DNA of 64,000 nt from Candidatus Omnitrophota bacterium (GTDB lineage Bacteria; Omnitrophota; Gorgyraeia; Gygaellales; Profunditerraquicolaceae). Both the position numbers and the translations under genes were made by a program. Positions 38,579-48,682 of the stretch are shown piece after piece. Position 1 is the stretch's first letter, and the number at the start of each line of letters is the position of its first letter. The notes under the pieces are model-generated. The model saw nothing but the letters and a program-made list of their open reading frames with translations. It searched no databases and had not been told where the DNA came from. The stretch covers positions 8,097 through 72,096 of the forward strand of contig JAQTQJ010000010.1 of the NCBI GenBank assembly GCA_028712255.1, in the 5' to 3' direction.

Positions 38579-39301
38579 ATGTTTACTGGAAGCTTATCGG
38601 TAATTTTATTATCTTACAATGAAGCAGAAAACATTGATGAGGTAATCAAATCCGTATTGAATAAAATTTCTTCCATTATTTCAGATTTCGAGATTATCGT
38701 AGTCGATGACGGCTCAAAGGATAGAACTTTTGAAATCTTAAACGGTTTAAAGGATTACGGTAACCATATTAAAATTGTCCGCCATCTGTCAAATAAAGGA
38801 TACGGAGCGTCTTTCAAATCGGGATTAGAAAAATCAAAAAAAGATTATGTGATGATGATGGATGCAGACGGACAATTCGACATTACGGATCTCACCAAGC
38901 TTATTCCCTATTGTTTGTTATATGATATGGTAATAGGCTTTCGCATGAAAAGACAGGACCCGTTTTACCGGTGTATTTTAGGTAATATTTTTAATTTTAT
39001 TATAAAGATTATATTTAATATTAAGGTAAGAGATATAGATTGCGGATTTAAGTTTTTTAATAAAGAATTATTAAAAACATTGACTTTAAATTCGAACGGT
39101 TTTATTATTAATACCGAAATGGTTGTATTGGCCCTTAAAAACGGAGCAAAAATAAAAGAAGTAGGGATTTCCCACTACCCCAGGTTATATGGAAGGCAAA
39201 AGGTGTTGAATTTTAAAACTGTTTTGGCGATTGCTTCGGATTTATTAGCGCTTAAATGGAGATTGTTGTCCGGTAAAAACATAAAAAGCCAGCTAAAATA
39301 A
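38579..39301 (+). CDS. GT2 polyprenyl-phosphate sugar synthase (Dpm1/ArnC/GtrB-like)
   Basis: LSVILLSYNEAENI…VVDDGSKD and the DAD motif MMDADGQ. 240 aa, the soluble GT-A type used to charge undecaprenyl-P with a sugar for GT-C enzymes. Confidence 0.85.
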   Translation: MFTGSLSVILLSYNEAENIDEVIKSVLNKISSIISDFEIIVVDDGSKDRTFEILNGLKDYGNHIKIVRHLSNKGYGASFKSGLEKSKKDYVMMMDADGQFDITDLTKLIPYCLLYDMVIGFRMKRQDPFYRCILGNIFNFIIKIIFNIKVRDIDCGFKFFNKELLKTLTLNSNGFIINTEMVVLALKNGAKIKEVGISHYPRLYGRQKVLNFKTVLAIASDLLALKWRLLSGKNIKSQLK

Positions 39302-39374
39302 ATTAATATTTCCTGAAAATGTGGTATGATAACTTTAGTAAAAAGCCTTATTTAATTACGGAGCAAGTTAAATA

Positions 39375-40160
39375 ATGGGCAAAGGTAAATTAATGAAAGG
39401 ACTTGAAATGAAAAATAAATCAGTTTTTTTCTTTACGGCTCTTTTTATTGCCTTGGTATCGCTTACCGCCTTTTGTTTAAATTCTTATGCTGCCGAAAAT
39501 CCTAGTAAGGTTAATGTTTGCGGTAAAATTATATACCCCAGTTTTAAAAATGGCTGGCTGTTAATTACAGTCCAGAGGGTAATAGGCGGCCAGGAAGAAA
39601 AAGAGCCAATAATCAAATATACTATATCTCAACCAGGAGCTTATTGTCTGGCAGTGCCAAAGGGAACGGGCAAAGTTAACTTAAAAGTATTCAATCTTAC
39701 CAATGAAACATTTATACCCGGAAGTGAAACTGAGCGCAATGACCTAGCGCCATTTTCTCCCTATTTGGATAATCCTTTAATAATCGCAGACGAAGATATA
39801 ACAGATGCTGATATAGAGTTTTTAGAGATCCCTTCCGTACCCGTGATGAGCAGATATAAAGGAGAAACCATTACAATTTCTGGTGAAGTTTCCATGCCTG
39901 ATTACAAAGAAGGACGTGTTGTAGTAACCGTAAATAATACGGGATTTGGCTACCCGAACGTTGCTTCTGTTATTCTGGATAAACCCGGAAATTATTCGCT
40001 AAAAGTGGCAAAAAATCAAGGGGATATTTATATCGGCGCATTTAACCTGTTGCCCGGAGAATCCCAACCCGGATTTAATTCTCCTAAGGGGGAATATTCC
40101 GCCAATCCTCTTGGGGCTAAAGAAGAGGATATTACCGATATAAACATTAATATACAATAA
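39375..40160 (+). CDS. secreted protein with two carboxypeptidase-regulatory-like (PGxYxL) beta-sandwich repeats
   Basis: Signal peptide present. Internal duplication …ISQPGAYCLAVPKGTGKVNLKVFNL… / …LDKPGNYSLKVAKNQGDIYIGAFNL…. Confidence 0.5.
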   Translation: MGKGKLMKGLEMKNKSVFFFTALFIALVSLTAFCLNSYAAENPSKVNVCGKIIYPSFKNGWLLITVQRVIGGQEEKEPIIKYTISQPGAYCLAVPKGTGKVNLKVFNLTNETFIPGSETERNDLAPFSPYLDNPLIIADEDITDADIEFLEIPSVPVMSRYKGETITISGEVSMPDYKEGRVVVTVNNTGFGYPNVASVILDKPGNYSLKVAKNQGDIYIGAFNLLPGESQPGFNSPKGEYSANPLGAKEEDITDININIQ

Positions 40161-40165
40161 CAAAT

Positions 40166-41637
40166 ATGAAAAGAGAAAATATCTTTGTTTTTTTTTAAGC
40201 ATTTTCTCTTTTTTTGTTTTTTTAGATCTTTATGTATCGAAAATTATAACTTCGCCAAAATTTGACAGCTATATATTATATAATGTAGACGATATATTCC
40301 ACTTCTGCTACGCCAAATCCGCCTTAATTAATCCTCTTGTACTCTTAAATCCGTATGCCAAACCCCTGCCTACCATAATCCAAGCCTTGACATTAAAGAT
40401 ATTTTCTCCTTCCTTTGTTACTTTAAGGATTATTAATTCGTTTTTATCGGTCTTGACCCTGTTTTTATTGTATCTTTTTACCAGGCAATCGAAAATGCGC
40501 AATTGGCTTATTGCCGCACCGGTTGCCCTTACCTTAATTTCTCCATTTTATTTTCTTAGCTGTCTATCCGCTATAGTAGAGCCGTTTTTTGGCTTATTTC
40601 TTATTTTGTCTGTATTTTTGCTCTATAAAAAGAAATACCTTTTAAGCAGCGTAATAATTTCGTTACTTCCCGTAACTCACCAGTTAGGCGTTATTTACGC
40701 TGCGCCGGCAGTTGTCTATTTTTTTACTAGACGAAAATACAATTACTGCCTATTAATTTTACTTCCTTCCTTACTTTGGGTGATTCTTAACCAAATCATA
40801 TTAAAACATGGTTTAGCTTACACATTTTTTTATCCCGGGAAGATTTCCCCTTATTCCCGTCCTCCCGAAAACTCAATGCTGCCTATAGGCCAGATTAACC
40901 CGCTGTTTTTTGTATCCTTTTTACCTATGGCTGTATTTTTTATTTTTGGCTTGATAAACTCCTGGATTAAGAAAGAAAACCTGTTGATTAACCTGTTTAT
41001 CCTTCCGATATTAACTATCGTAATCGGCTATAATATTTATTTAATCAATACGCAAAGGTCTTTTTGGTGGGAGTTTCGCTATCTTGTCCCAATTATTCCT
41101 TTTTTCTCGTTTATCGTCGTAAACGGCATTGATTATATTAGCCAGAAATTACCCAAAAGCAAAAATTCCAGTTATTTTACATTTTTCTTTATTTTAATTT
41201 TAATCAGTTCACAGGCAATGCAATTTTTTTATTTAGAAAATAATAAGAGAGTGTTAGCCGAACGGATTTCTCCTGTTCAGGAGGAAAAATTGAAGTCAGT
41301 CTCTAATTGGTTAAATAATTTTATGAATGAAAATAAAATAAAGAATTTATATCTTTTAAACGGAGGAGATATAACCGATAAATATGTCCGCAGGATTTGG
41401 ATGTATTTGGAAAAGAAATATAACTTCTATTGTTTTACAAAAGACTTTAATAATAATGATAAAATAGAGTTGTTTGATACGATTACCTATAAATTTAAAG
41501 AGCCAAAGGAAATTTCAGGGGTTTTTTTGCATACGAAAAGAAGCCTTAATAACGCTTTTTTACCAGCCGGTTTTAGGTCCCGGATGATCAAAGAAGAACC
41601 CGAAGTTTTTTTATATTTTTTTATACCCGATAATTAA
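40166..41637 (+). CDS. GT-C-fold membrane glycosyltransferase, interrupted by a +1 frameshift in a T9 tract (40188-40196); paralog of 43082-44554
   Basis: The ORF track starts at the TTG at 40387. About 75 upstream in-frame codons (…FDSYILYNVDDIFHFCYAKSALINPLVLLNPYAKP…) align with the N-terminus of the 43082 paralog (…FNIDESLHYCYAKSALYYPIALINPFAKV…). They have no start codon. The ATG at 40166 (MKRENIFVFF) enters this frame only if the T9 run is T10. Confidence 0.55.
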
Positions 41638-41659
41638 TTGTTAAGGAATTTATTTTATT

Positions 41660-43081
41660 ATGGTAATTACTTTAATAAATCTGCCGGCTAAAAGGTTTCG
41701 TTTTACTACTTTAGGCGTTCTTCCGCCGTTGGGCCTGGCTTATTTAGCTTCGGTTTTGGAAAAAGAAGGGCATGAAGTTGAAATAATCGATATTCCGGCT
41801 GAAAATATTTCAATTAAAGATTTTCAAGCCAGGGTTGGGTTGAAAAAGAGCGATATTTACGGAATAAGTAGCACACTTTTTGGTTTTCAGGATGTAATTA
41901 AATTTTCTGCTTTAATCCGCAAGGTAGATCCGCAATCGCTTATTATCCTTGGTGGTTTATGTACGGTGCTTTCACCCGAACTGATACTTAAAAACATCCC
42001 CGAAATCGATATTGTTGTCCAGGGGGAAGGCGAGGTAGCAATGAAGCGGATCTGCAGTTCTTTAGCCGCAAAAACGCGCTGGGATGGTATTGGCGGAGTT
42101 TGTTTCAGGCATAACGGAAGTTATTTTTATAATCAGGAAATCGAGTTAATTAACTTTGATGAACTTCCCCTTCCGGCTTACCATTTACTTAATATTAAAC
42201 ATTATTACCTGCATCCGCCTTTTGGGCTTTACTCTCCGGTTATAAGCATGGAAACTAGCAGGGGATGTATTTTTAAATGTGAATTTTGCTGTTTATCCAA
42301 GAATTACAGGGCTAGGCTAGTTGAAAGTGTAGTCGAAGAAATGGTTTATTTGAAGAGAACCTATGGTATTAATGAGATATATTTTGTCGACCACACATTT
42401 ACGATATCCCAGGAATATATTAGAATGCTTTGCCAGAGGATAATTGATAAAAAGCTTAAGCTTCACTGGACCTGTAAAACTAGAGTTGATTGTGTTAGCC
42501 CGGAAACCTTAAAAATTATGAAAGCAGCCGGCTGTTATATGATTTCTTACGGCGTTGAATCTGGTTCGGAAAAGATACTCAAGAATCTAAACAAAGGTAT
42601 TACAGTAGCCGACATTGAAACTGCCTTTGTTTTAACAAGAAAATACGGGATACGTTCAATTGCTTACCTGATTGTCGGCTCTCCCGGGGAAAACAAAGAT
42701 ACGATTAAAGAGACTTTAAGGATGGTCAGGAGGATAAAACCAGATTATGTGCTTTATAACGCATTGGCGCCTGATCCGGCCTCAGAGCTTTATAACCGGG
42801 CAATTAATGAAAAAATAGTTTCAAAAAATTTTTTTGGCAGATCTATTTTTCTGGAACCAAAGGTTCAGTGGCCGATGTATACTACTAACGAATTTAGCCG
42901 CTCGGACATAGATTTTTGGGTAAGGAAGGGGACAAGGGATTTTTATCTAGATATTTTTTATATAATCAGGTGTTTACTAAGGATTAGGACGCTTAATGAA
43001 GTTAAAGTTGTTTTAAAGGGAGCATTCTCGCTTATCGCCGACATGATTTGCTTAAAGCGGAAGCAGCTAGTGGATTATTAG
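41660..43081 (+). CDS. cobalamin-binding (class B) radical SAM enzyme
   Basis: B12-binding region (…IILGGLCTVLSPE…). SRGCIFKCEFCC motif. 473 aa. Confidence 0.85.
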   Translation: MVITLINLPAKRFRFTTLGVLPPLGLAYLASVLEKEGHEVEIIDIPAENISIKDFQARVGLKKSDIYGISSTLFGFQDVIKFSALIRKVDPQSLIILGGLCTVLSPELILKNIPEIDIVVQGEGEVAMKRICSSLAAKTRWDGIGGVCFRHNGSYFYNQEIELINFDELPLPAYHLLNIKHYYLHPPFGLYSPVISMETSRGCIFKCEFCCLSKNYRARLVESVVEEMVYLKRTYGINEIYFVDHTFTISQEYIRMLCQRIIDKKLKLHWTCKTRVDCVSPETLKIMKAAGCYMISYGVESGSEKILKNLNKGITVADIETAFVLTRKYGIRSIAYLIVGSPGENKDTIKETLRMVRRIKPDYVLYNALAPDPASELYNRAINEKIVSKNFFGRSIFLEPKVQWPMYTTNEFSRSDIDFWVRKGTRDFYLDIFYIIRCLLRIRTLNEVKVVLKGAFSLIADMICLKRKQLVDY

Positions 43082-44554
43082 ATGAAAATTTTCGGCTTAA
43101 AATTTTCCTCATATTTTTATATCTTATTCTGCCTATCAGCAATCTATTTATATTTTGATTGGGTTGCTTCCGACCAGATTTATAGTATAAAATTAGACCG
43201 TTTTGAGTTGTTTAATATCGACGAGTCGCTACATTATTGTTATGCTAAATCAGCATTGTATTATCCGATAGCCTTAATTAATCCGTTTGCCAAGGTCGGT
43301 TTTACATCAAGCTGTTTTTTGTTTTTAAAGATATTTTCTGAGAATATCTTAAGCTTAAGGATAATGAATTCAGTCTATTCTATCGGTGTGTTCATATTAA
43401 TGGTTAAAATTGGATCTTTTTTAAAACTGTCTAAAAAAACAGTGGTTTTAAGCATAATTCTTACGGCATTTTTCCCCCTATTTTTCCTCGGTTCAATTTC
43501 AGTCATAAATGAAGCGATGTTTTCTTTTTTCCTTTTAGTTGCAATCTGGTCAGCCTATAAAGAAAAGCTTTTTGCCTCCGCTTTAGCCGTATCGTTTCTT
43601 CCTCTAATCAGCCAATTCGGTTTCATTTACCTGCTTATCTGGACGGCTTGGTTGATTAAGAAAGGAAAATTTAAACCGGTTATTTTAATTTTTGGGCCGA
43701 CTGTCTTGTGGACAATCACAAACATGCTTCTTTTGGGGCATTCTCTGTTTTATACTCTTTATTATCGAACCTTACTTATGCCACATCCCCCTTTAGACAG
43801 CCTGGTGACCCCCGGGGAATTTGTTAATTTCTATTTTTTAACCTTTTGTCCGTTGATAATTTTATTCATATTCCTTTCTGTATTTAACCGGAAAAAATAT
43901 CTGGGAGATGGAAAACTTTGGTTAATTCAGGCGGTTTTGGTTTTCCAATTGTTGCAGTTTATTTTTGAAATTTTCATTATGCCTTTTTTTTACAGTGGGA
44001 TGTTTATTTATAAAATTAGGCAGTTAATTCCGGCCGTACCTTTGTTGGCAATTTTAACCGCCTTTATTTTAGAGAAAACAATTCAGGCAGTTAAAAAGAG
44101 TAGGCTGGGAGACTACCTTTATATTTTAATAGCCGCGATTTCAATCGTTTATCTTCCGTATTCTATTATTAAACTTCAAAAATTCCCTTTGATTAAAAAT
44201 GAGTTTTTAAGCCCCGAGCAGGAAAAATCCATAATCGAAGCCGGCGTTTGGTTAAAAGGTTACTGCCAAAAACATGATATTACCTCTTTAGTAGGAGATG
44301 GAGAGGATCTTCCTTCTTCCGTAAACCGCAGGATTTGGATGCAGGCGCCGAATAAAATTATATATTATGGAACTAAAGGCCTAAAAAGGGTCCCTAATAC
44401 GGCGCTTAACCTTTTAACTTATAAGAGTTCTCCGATAGGCGCGCTTGAGAAATGTTTATTCCTGGTCCGTAATCCCGACAAAAGCTTGGTATCAACAGAA
44501 ATTAAATTAATAAAAGATTTTCCTTCAATTTCATTATATTTTTATGCCAAATAA
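43082..44554 (+). CDS. GT-C-fold membrane glycosyltransferase
   Basis: 490 aa, polytopic. The first-loop acidic motif is FNIDESLHY. The ATG is immediately adjacent to the previous stop. Confidence 0.55.
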   Translation: MKIFGLKFSSYFYILFCLSAIYLYFDWVASDQIYSIKLDRFELFNIDESLHYCYAKSALYYPIALINPFAKVGFTSSCFLFLKIFSENILSLRIMNSVYSIGVFILMVKIGSFLKLSKKTVVLSIILTAFFPLFFLGSISVINEAMFSFFLLVAIWSAYKEKLFASALAVSFLPLISQFGFIYLLIWTAWLIKKGKFKPVILIFGPTVLWTITNMLLLGHSLFYTLYYRTLLMPHPPLDSLVTPGEFVNFYFLTFCPLIILFIFLSVFNRKKYLGDGKLWLIQAVLVFQLLQFIFEIFIMPFFYSGMFIYKIRQLIPAVPLLAILTAFILEKTIQAVKKSRLGDYLYILIAAISIVYLPYSIIKLQKFPLIKNEFLSPEQEKSIIEAGVWLKGYCQKHDITSLVGDGEDLPSSVNRRIWMQAPNKIIYYGTKGLKRVPNTALNLLTYKSSPIGALEKCLFLVRNPDKSLVSTEIKLIKDFPSISLYFYAK

Positions 44555-46094
44555 AGATAAGCCTTTACTTAAAAATCCGGTTATTCTAGCCATTCTGCTA
44601 GTCTGCGGGTTAATTTTAAGGCTCTATCATTTAGGCGTAAGGAGTCTTTGGTTCGACGAAGCATATACAATTTTTAACGGGCAATACCTTGCTTCTGTCG
44701 TTTCTCGGCTCGGCGCATTACCGGACAGGTATCCTTCGTTTTTATCCGATATACCGGTCTATTTTTGGTCACTTTTGTCAGGTAGGAATGAATTTACCCT
44801 CAGGTTATTTTCAGTAGTATTCGGCATAGCCGCAATATGGCTTATCTATAAATTTGGGTTGAAGATTTTCGGCCAGAAAACCGCTTTAATTGCTGCGTTT
44901 TTGTTGGCAATTTCTCCTATCCATATTTATTATTCTCAAGAATTAAGGCCATACTCATTGATTTTATTAATCAGCCTAGGCTCAGCATTGTTTTTACTAA
45001 AAGCCCTGGAAAAAGGGGCTTTGGCATTTTGGACTGGTTACGTTATTTTAAACGTTTTAAATATCTACCTGCATTATATGACAATTTTTTTCCTGTTCGC
45101 CCAGGTGGTATTTTTCCTGATTTTTATGAAAGATTATAAAAATCAGATTAGAAAATGGATATTTTATAATTCAGTAATTTTTGTTTTATTAGCGCCCTGG
45201 CTTATAAACAGCATCATTTTACTGAAAGCTTCGCTGGGGCCTGATTTATATCTTTGGGTGCCCTCTTGGGCTAAAACCATCGGAGCCAAAAATATTTTTT
45301 TTACAATCAAAAATTTCAGCATAGGTTATAATGTAGAAAAGCAGGCATATGTATTTATTACGGTATTTCTCACCGGCATATTGGCTTTCGGGATAACTAG
45401 GTTAAAGAAAAATGAAGTCAAAAACTATGTCCTATGCTTATGTTGTTTTGTCCTGCCGATATTGAGCATGTTTTTAATCTCTAAAGTCAAAGTTTGGTAT
45501 GTCGACAGGTATGTATTGGGTAGCCTACCTTTTTACTATATACTAATAGGCAATAGCCTAGCAAAAATAAGGACCAGATATGCCTTTTTATTATTAGGCG
45601 TTGTTGCTTTGTTTTGTGCCTTTTCTTTAAATAATTATTATCAAAGCCGATCTCTAGATGCTGCAAGTTGCATCGGCATAGTCTATAAGTATGATTATAA
45701 AGATGCTGCGGATTATTTGGCGCAAAACATGGAAGATGGGGACATCGTTTTTCATACTTCTTACAGCTCGACAGTGCCTTTTATGTATTATCTGAAGAAA
45801 AGTAGTTTAAGTAGCGCTAATGAAAGGCCCGCTTTTGTATTATTCCCGGCAAATGAGAACAAAATAGAAGCCAGGGAGCTTTTATTAAAAGGGTGTAAGT
45901 TTAAAAATATTGACTATGACGACTTTGTATCTGGTAAAAGAAGGATTTGGCTGGTATGTTCAGATTGGTTTTTTAATGAAAAAAACTGTTTTGATTCCAA
46001 AGCCTACCAGATAGCGCGCTGGATGCAGGATAACTATAAAGAAAAAGAAAGCTGTTTGTTTAAAGGGATAATATTGTATCTGTTTGAAAGGTAA
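44544..46094 (+). CDS. glycosyltransferase family 39/83 (ArnT/PMT_2-like) membrane protein
   Basis: Canonical …LYHLGVRSLWFDEAYTIFNG… first-loop DE motif of PMT/ArnT-type GT-C enzymes. 516 aa, about 12 TM plus a C-terminal soluble domain. Confidence 0.75.
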   Translation: MPNKDKPLLKNPVILAILLVCGLILRLYHLGVRSLWFDEAYTIFNGQYLASVVSRLGALPDRYPSFLSDIPVYFWSLLSGRNEFTLRLFSVVFGIAAIWLIYKFGLKIFGQKTALIAAFLLAISPIHIYYSQELRPYSLILLISLGSALFLLKALEKGALAFWTGYVILNVLNIYLHYMTIFFLFAQVVFFLIFMKDYKNQIRKWIFYNSVIFVLLAPWLINSIILLKASLGPDLYLWVPSWAKTIGAKNIFFTIKNFSIGYNVEKQAYVFITVFLTGILAFGITRLKKNEVKNYVLCLCCFVLPILSMFLISKVKVWYVDRYVLGSLPFYYILIGNSLAKIRTRYAFLLLGVVALFCAFSLNNYYQSRSLDAASCIGIVYKYDYKDAADYLAQNMEDGDIVFHTSYSSTVPFMYYLKKSSLSSANERPAFVLFPANENKIEARELLLKGCKFKNIDYDDFVSGKRRIWLVCSDWFFNEKNCFDSKAYQIARWMQDNYKEKESCLFKGIILYLFER

Positions 46095-46106
46095 GCAAAA
46101 AGTTAA

Positions 46107-47573
46107 ATGAAGGTATTGCTGATAAACCCCCAATCCAAGGCCATCGAAAAAAGCTGTATTTGGCAGCGGGAGATGTTGACTCCGGTTATTCCTTTGGGCT
46201 TAGCTTATATTGCCGCGGTACTGGAGAAAAACACGATACCAGTGAAAGTTTTTGACCAGGTTGCCGAAAAATGGAATGAAGATAAATTATTCGCCAGTAT
46301 TGTAAGCGAAAAGCCTGATCTGGTTGGCATAACCTGTCTTAGCGCAAGCATGGATACAGTAATCTCTTTATCCCGGAGGATCAAAAACTACAATAAAGAT
46401 ATTAAAATTATTTTAGGCAATATTCACGCTTCGATATTTGCCAAACAGTTGTTAAACGCAGGCATAGCGGATATTATTGTCCACGGTGAAGGTGAATACA
46501 CCATGCTTGAGGTTGTTTCGAGGATAGAAAGAAAGCTTAATTTCAGCGGGATAGGGGGGATCGGTTATATCGAAGAAGGCAAACTGTATAATAACCGAGA
46601 AAATTACATAATTCCGGATTTGGACAATTTACCATATCCAGCGTTTCACCTGTTCGATTTAAATAAATATAAAGAGATCCCCTTGGCTTCGATTTACGGC
46701 GAAATTGCCCTGGTGATTTCAGCTTCAAGAGGTTGTCCTTTTGATTGCATTTTTTGCGCCCAAAATAAAATTTTTGCCAAAACCAGATACAGAAAAATTG
46801 AAAATGTCATTGATGAAATGGAATATATGCATACGATATACAATGCGAAATATTTTGGTTTTGTGGACGCCTTTTTCCCTTTTTCCATAGAGCATGGAAT
46901 GGAATTTTGCGAACAACTTATAAAAAGGGGGTTAAATAAAAAGGTCAGGTGGGTTACCGAGACCGTGGTTAACCTGATTGACCCGCAATTGACCAAGAAA
47001 ATGAAAGAAGCTGGGCTGCATATGCTTGAGTTTGGTTTTGAATCCGGAAGCCAGAGGGTGCTTGATACCTTCGGAAAAAAAATTAACCTGGAACAGGGCA
47101 AAAAAGCTGTCCGTTATGCAAAAGACGCCGGTATTCTTACTCTTGGCCTGTTTATGCTTGGGCTTCCCGGCGAGACTGCCGAAGAATGCGAGCAAACTGT
47201 AAAGTTTGCCAAAGAATTAGATTGCGACTTCGTGAAATTTAATTTAGCTACGCCTTATCCAGGCTCAAGGTTATATGAGCTCAGTATGGAAAAAATAGGT
47301 AAAATCAGAAATTTAAGCGGGTTTAACAGCTGGTATGACTGGTTTGAAAATAAAGATAATGAATTTTATACAGTGGGTCTAATGAGCGTAAAAGAACTCA
47401 GGAATATCCAGCGAAAAGCAATGTTCAGTTTTTATTTTCGGCCGGTCAAGGTAATAAAAACAATAGTCAATAAAAGGGTGTCCTTTAAGTTCTTGCTGTT
47501 TGGAGCGATGTTGCTGTTAACCGGTTATTTTAAGGCGCTTTCGGGGAAATGGGAAAAACCAAAGATAAATTAA
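46107..47573 (+). CDS. cobalamin-binding (class B) radical SAM enzyme (paralog of 32697-34157)
   Basis: …IILGNIHASIF… B12-binding region. SRGCPFDCIFCA motif. 488 aa. Confidence 0.85.
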   Translation: MKVLLINPQSKAIEKSCIWQREMLTPVIPLGLAYIAAVLEKNTIPVKVFDQVAEKWNEDKLFASIVSEKPDLVGITCLSASMDTVISLSRRIKNYNKDIKIILGNIHASIFAKQLLNAGIADIIVHGEGEYTMLEVVSRIERKLNFSGIGGIGYIEEGKLYNNRENYIIPDLDNLPYPAFHLFDLNKYKEIPLASIYGEIALVISASRGCPFDCIFCAQNKIFAKTRYRKIENVIDEMEYMHTIYNAKYFGFVDAFFPFSIEHGMEFCEQLIKRGLNKKVRWVTETVVNLIDPQLTKKMKEAGLHMLEFGFESGSQRVLDTFGKKINLEQGKKAVRYAKDAGILTLGLFMLGLPGETAEECEQTVKFAKELDCDFVKFNLATPYPGSRLYELSMEKIGKIRNLSGFNSWYDWFENKDNEFYTVGLMSVKELRNIQRKAMFSFYFRPVKVIKTIVNKRVSFKFLLFGAMLLLTGYFKALSGKWEKPKIN

Positions 47574-48520
47574 CAGTTTCTTTTATTTCTCTATTTTTTT
47601 CTTTATTGTTGATCGAAATAATTTTGAGGTTAACTTATCCGTTATACTCAAATTATGCGATGGAGATGTGGAGGTATGGAATAAATTTAAAAAAGCAAGC
47701 TTCCGATCGCTCTATTACTCATGAACATGCCCCGAATAAAAGTTTTCGCTTTTATGGAGTTGAAATAAAGACAAACTCGCTGGGGTTAAGGAGCGATAGG
47801 GAGTATTTAGCGCCAAAACCGCAAAATTTAAAGCGGATACTGGTCTTAGGAGATTCTATAACTATGGGTTGGGGAGTAAGTTTTAAAGAAACATACCCTT
47901 ATATTCTGGAAACCCTTATAAATAAAGGCTCCAAGTTAAATTTGGAAGTAATCAACTCAGGGGTAGGTAATTACAATTCAGTTTCAGAGTTATCAGCTTT
48001 AAAAAGGCTTAGCGTCTTAGAACCTGACATGATAATATTGGGTTTCTATATAAATGATCTTGAAGATATCCGGCCTTCTTCGGGTATAAGTTATTTTCTA
48101 AGCAGACATTCCTATCTTTATGCATTTATTTGGAGTAAATTAATCAATATAAAATACTATTATCCCAACAATGATTATCGGGCCTATTATTCAAAGCTAT
48201 ATCAAGACCCAAATTTAAGGCTTAAAGCAAAAGATGCGATTAACCGGATGATCGAGATTGCCGATAAGCGCCGGATACCTTTTGTATTTATCAATATACC
48301 GGAAATGCACAGCTTTAAAGAAGGTTCTTTTGAAGCCGCGCGGAATTTTACGAAAGAGATAAAAAGAGAACACCCGGAAATTATTTTCGTCGACCTGGCA
48401 GAAACTTTAAAAGGAAAGAATGCGCGGGATTTCTGGGTTTCTTCCGAAGATCCGCATCCGAATGCCAGCCTGCACAGGATTATCGCCGAGTCGATTTATA
48501 GCTCAATTGGTGGCAAATGA
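47549..48520 (+). CDS. membrane-anchored SGNH/GDSL-family hydrolase (paralog of 37575-38570)
   Basis: N-terminal TM. Block I is VLGDSITMGWG. Confidence 0.65.
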   Translation: MGKTKDKLTVSFISLFFSLLLIEIILRLTYPLYSNYAMEMWRYGINLKKQASDRSITHEHAPNKSFRFYGVEIKTNSLGLRSDREYLAPKPQNLKRILVLGDSITMGWGVSFKETYPYILETLINKGSKLNLEVINSGVGNYNSVSELSALKRLSVLEPDMIILGFYINDLEDIRPSSGISYFLSRHSYLYAFIWSKLINIKYYYPNNDYRAYYSKLYQDPNLRLKAKDAINRMIEIADKRRIPFVFINIPEMHSFKEGSFEAARNFTKEIKREHPEIIFVDLAETLKGKNARDFWVSSEDPHPNASLHRIIAESIYSSIGGK

Positions 48521-48672
48521 AAAAAGATCTGCTGTTTAAAATATTAACTTTTTTAAAAGTAAACCTGGTCTGGTGGCTGAGTCCTGTTGCGCTTATAATA
48601 GTTTTATTCGGATTATTGGTTTTTTTAGGCCGGAGTTCTCAATCGGTCCCCTTTGCCTATACTCCGTATTAA
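48517..48672 (+). CDS. 51-aa single-TM small protein, translationally coupled (ATGA) to the SGNH hydrolase
   Basis: The ATG at 48517 overlaps the TGA at 48518-48520. It encodes MKKDLLFKILTFLKVNLVWWLSPVALIIVLFGLLVFLGRSSQSVPFAYTPY*. It is not in the ORF track because it is under 60 aa. Confidence 0.3.
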   Translation: MKKDLLFKILTFLKVNLVWWLSPVALIIVLFGLLVFLGRSSQSVPFAYTPY

Positions 48673-48682
48673 CCATAAACAT

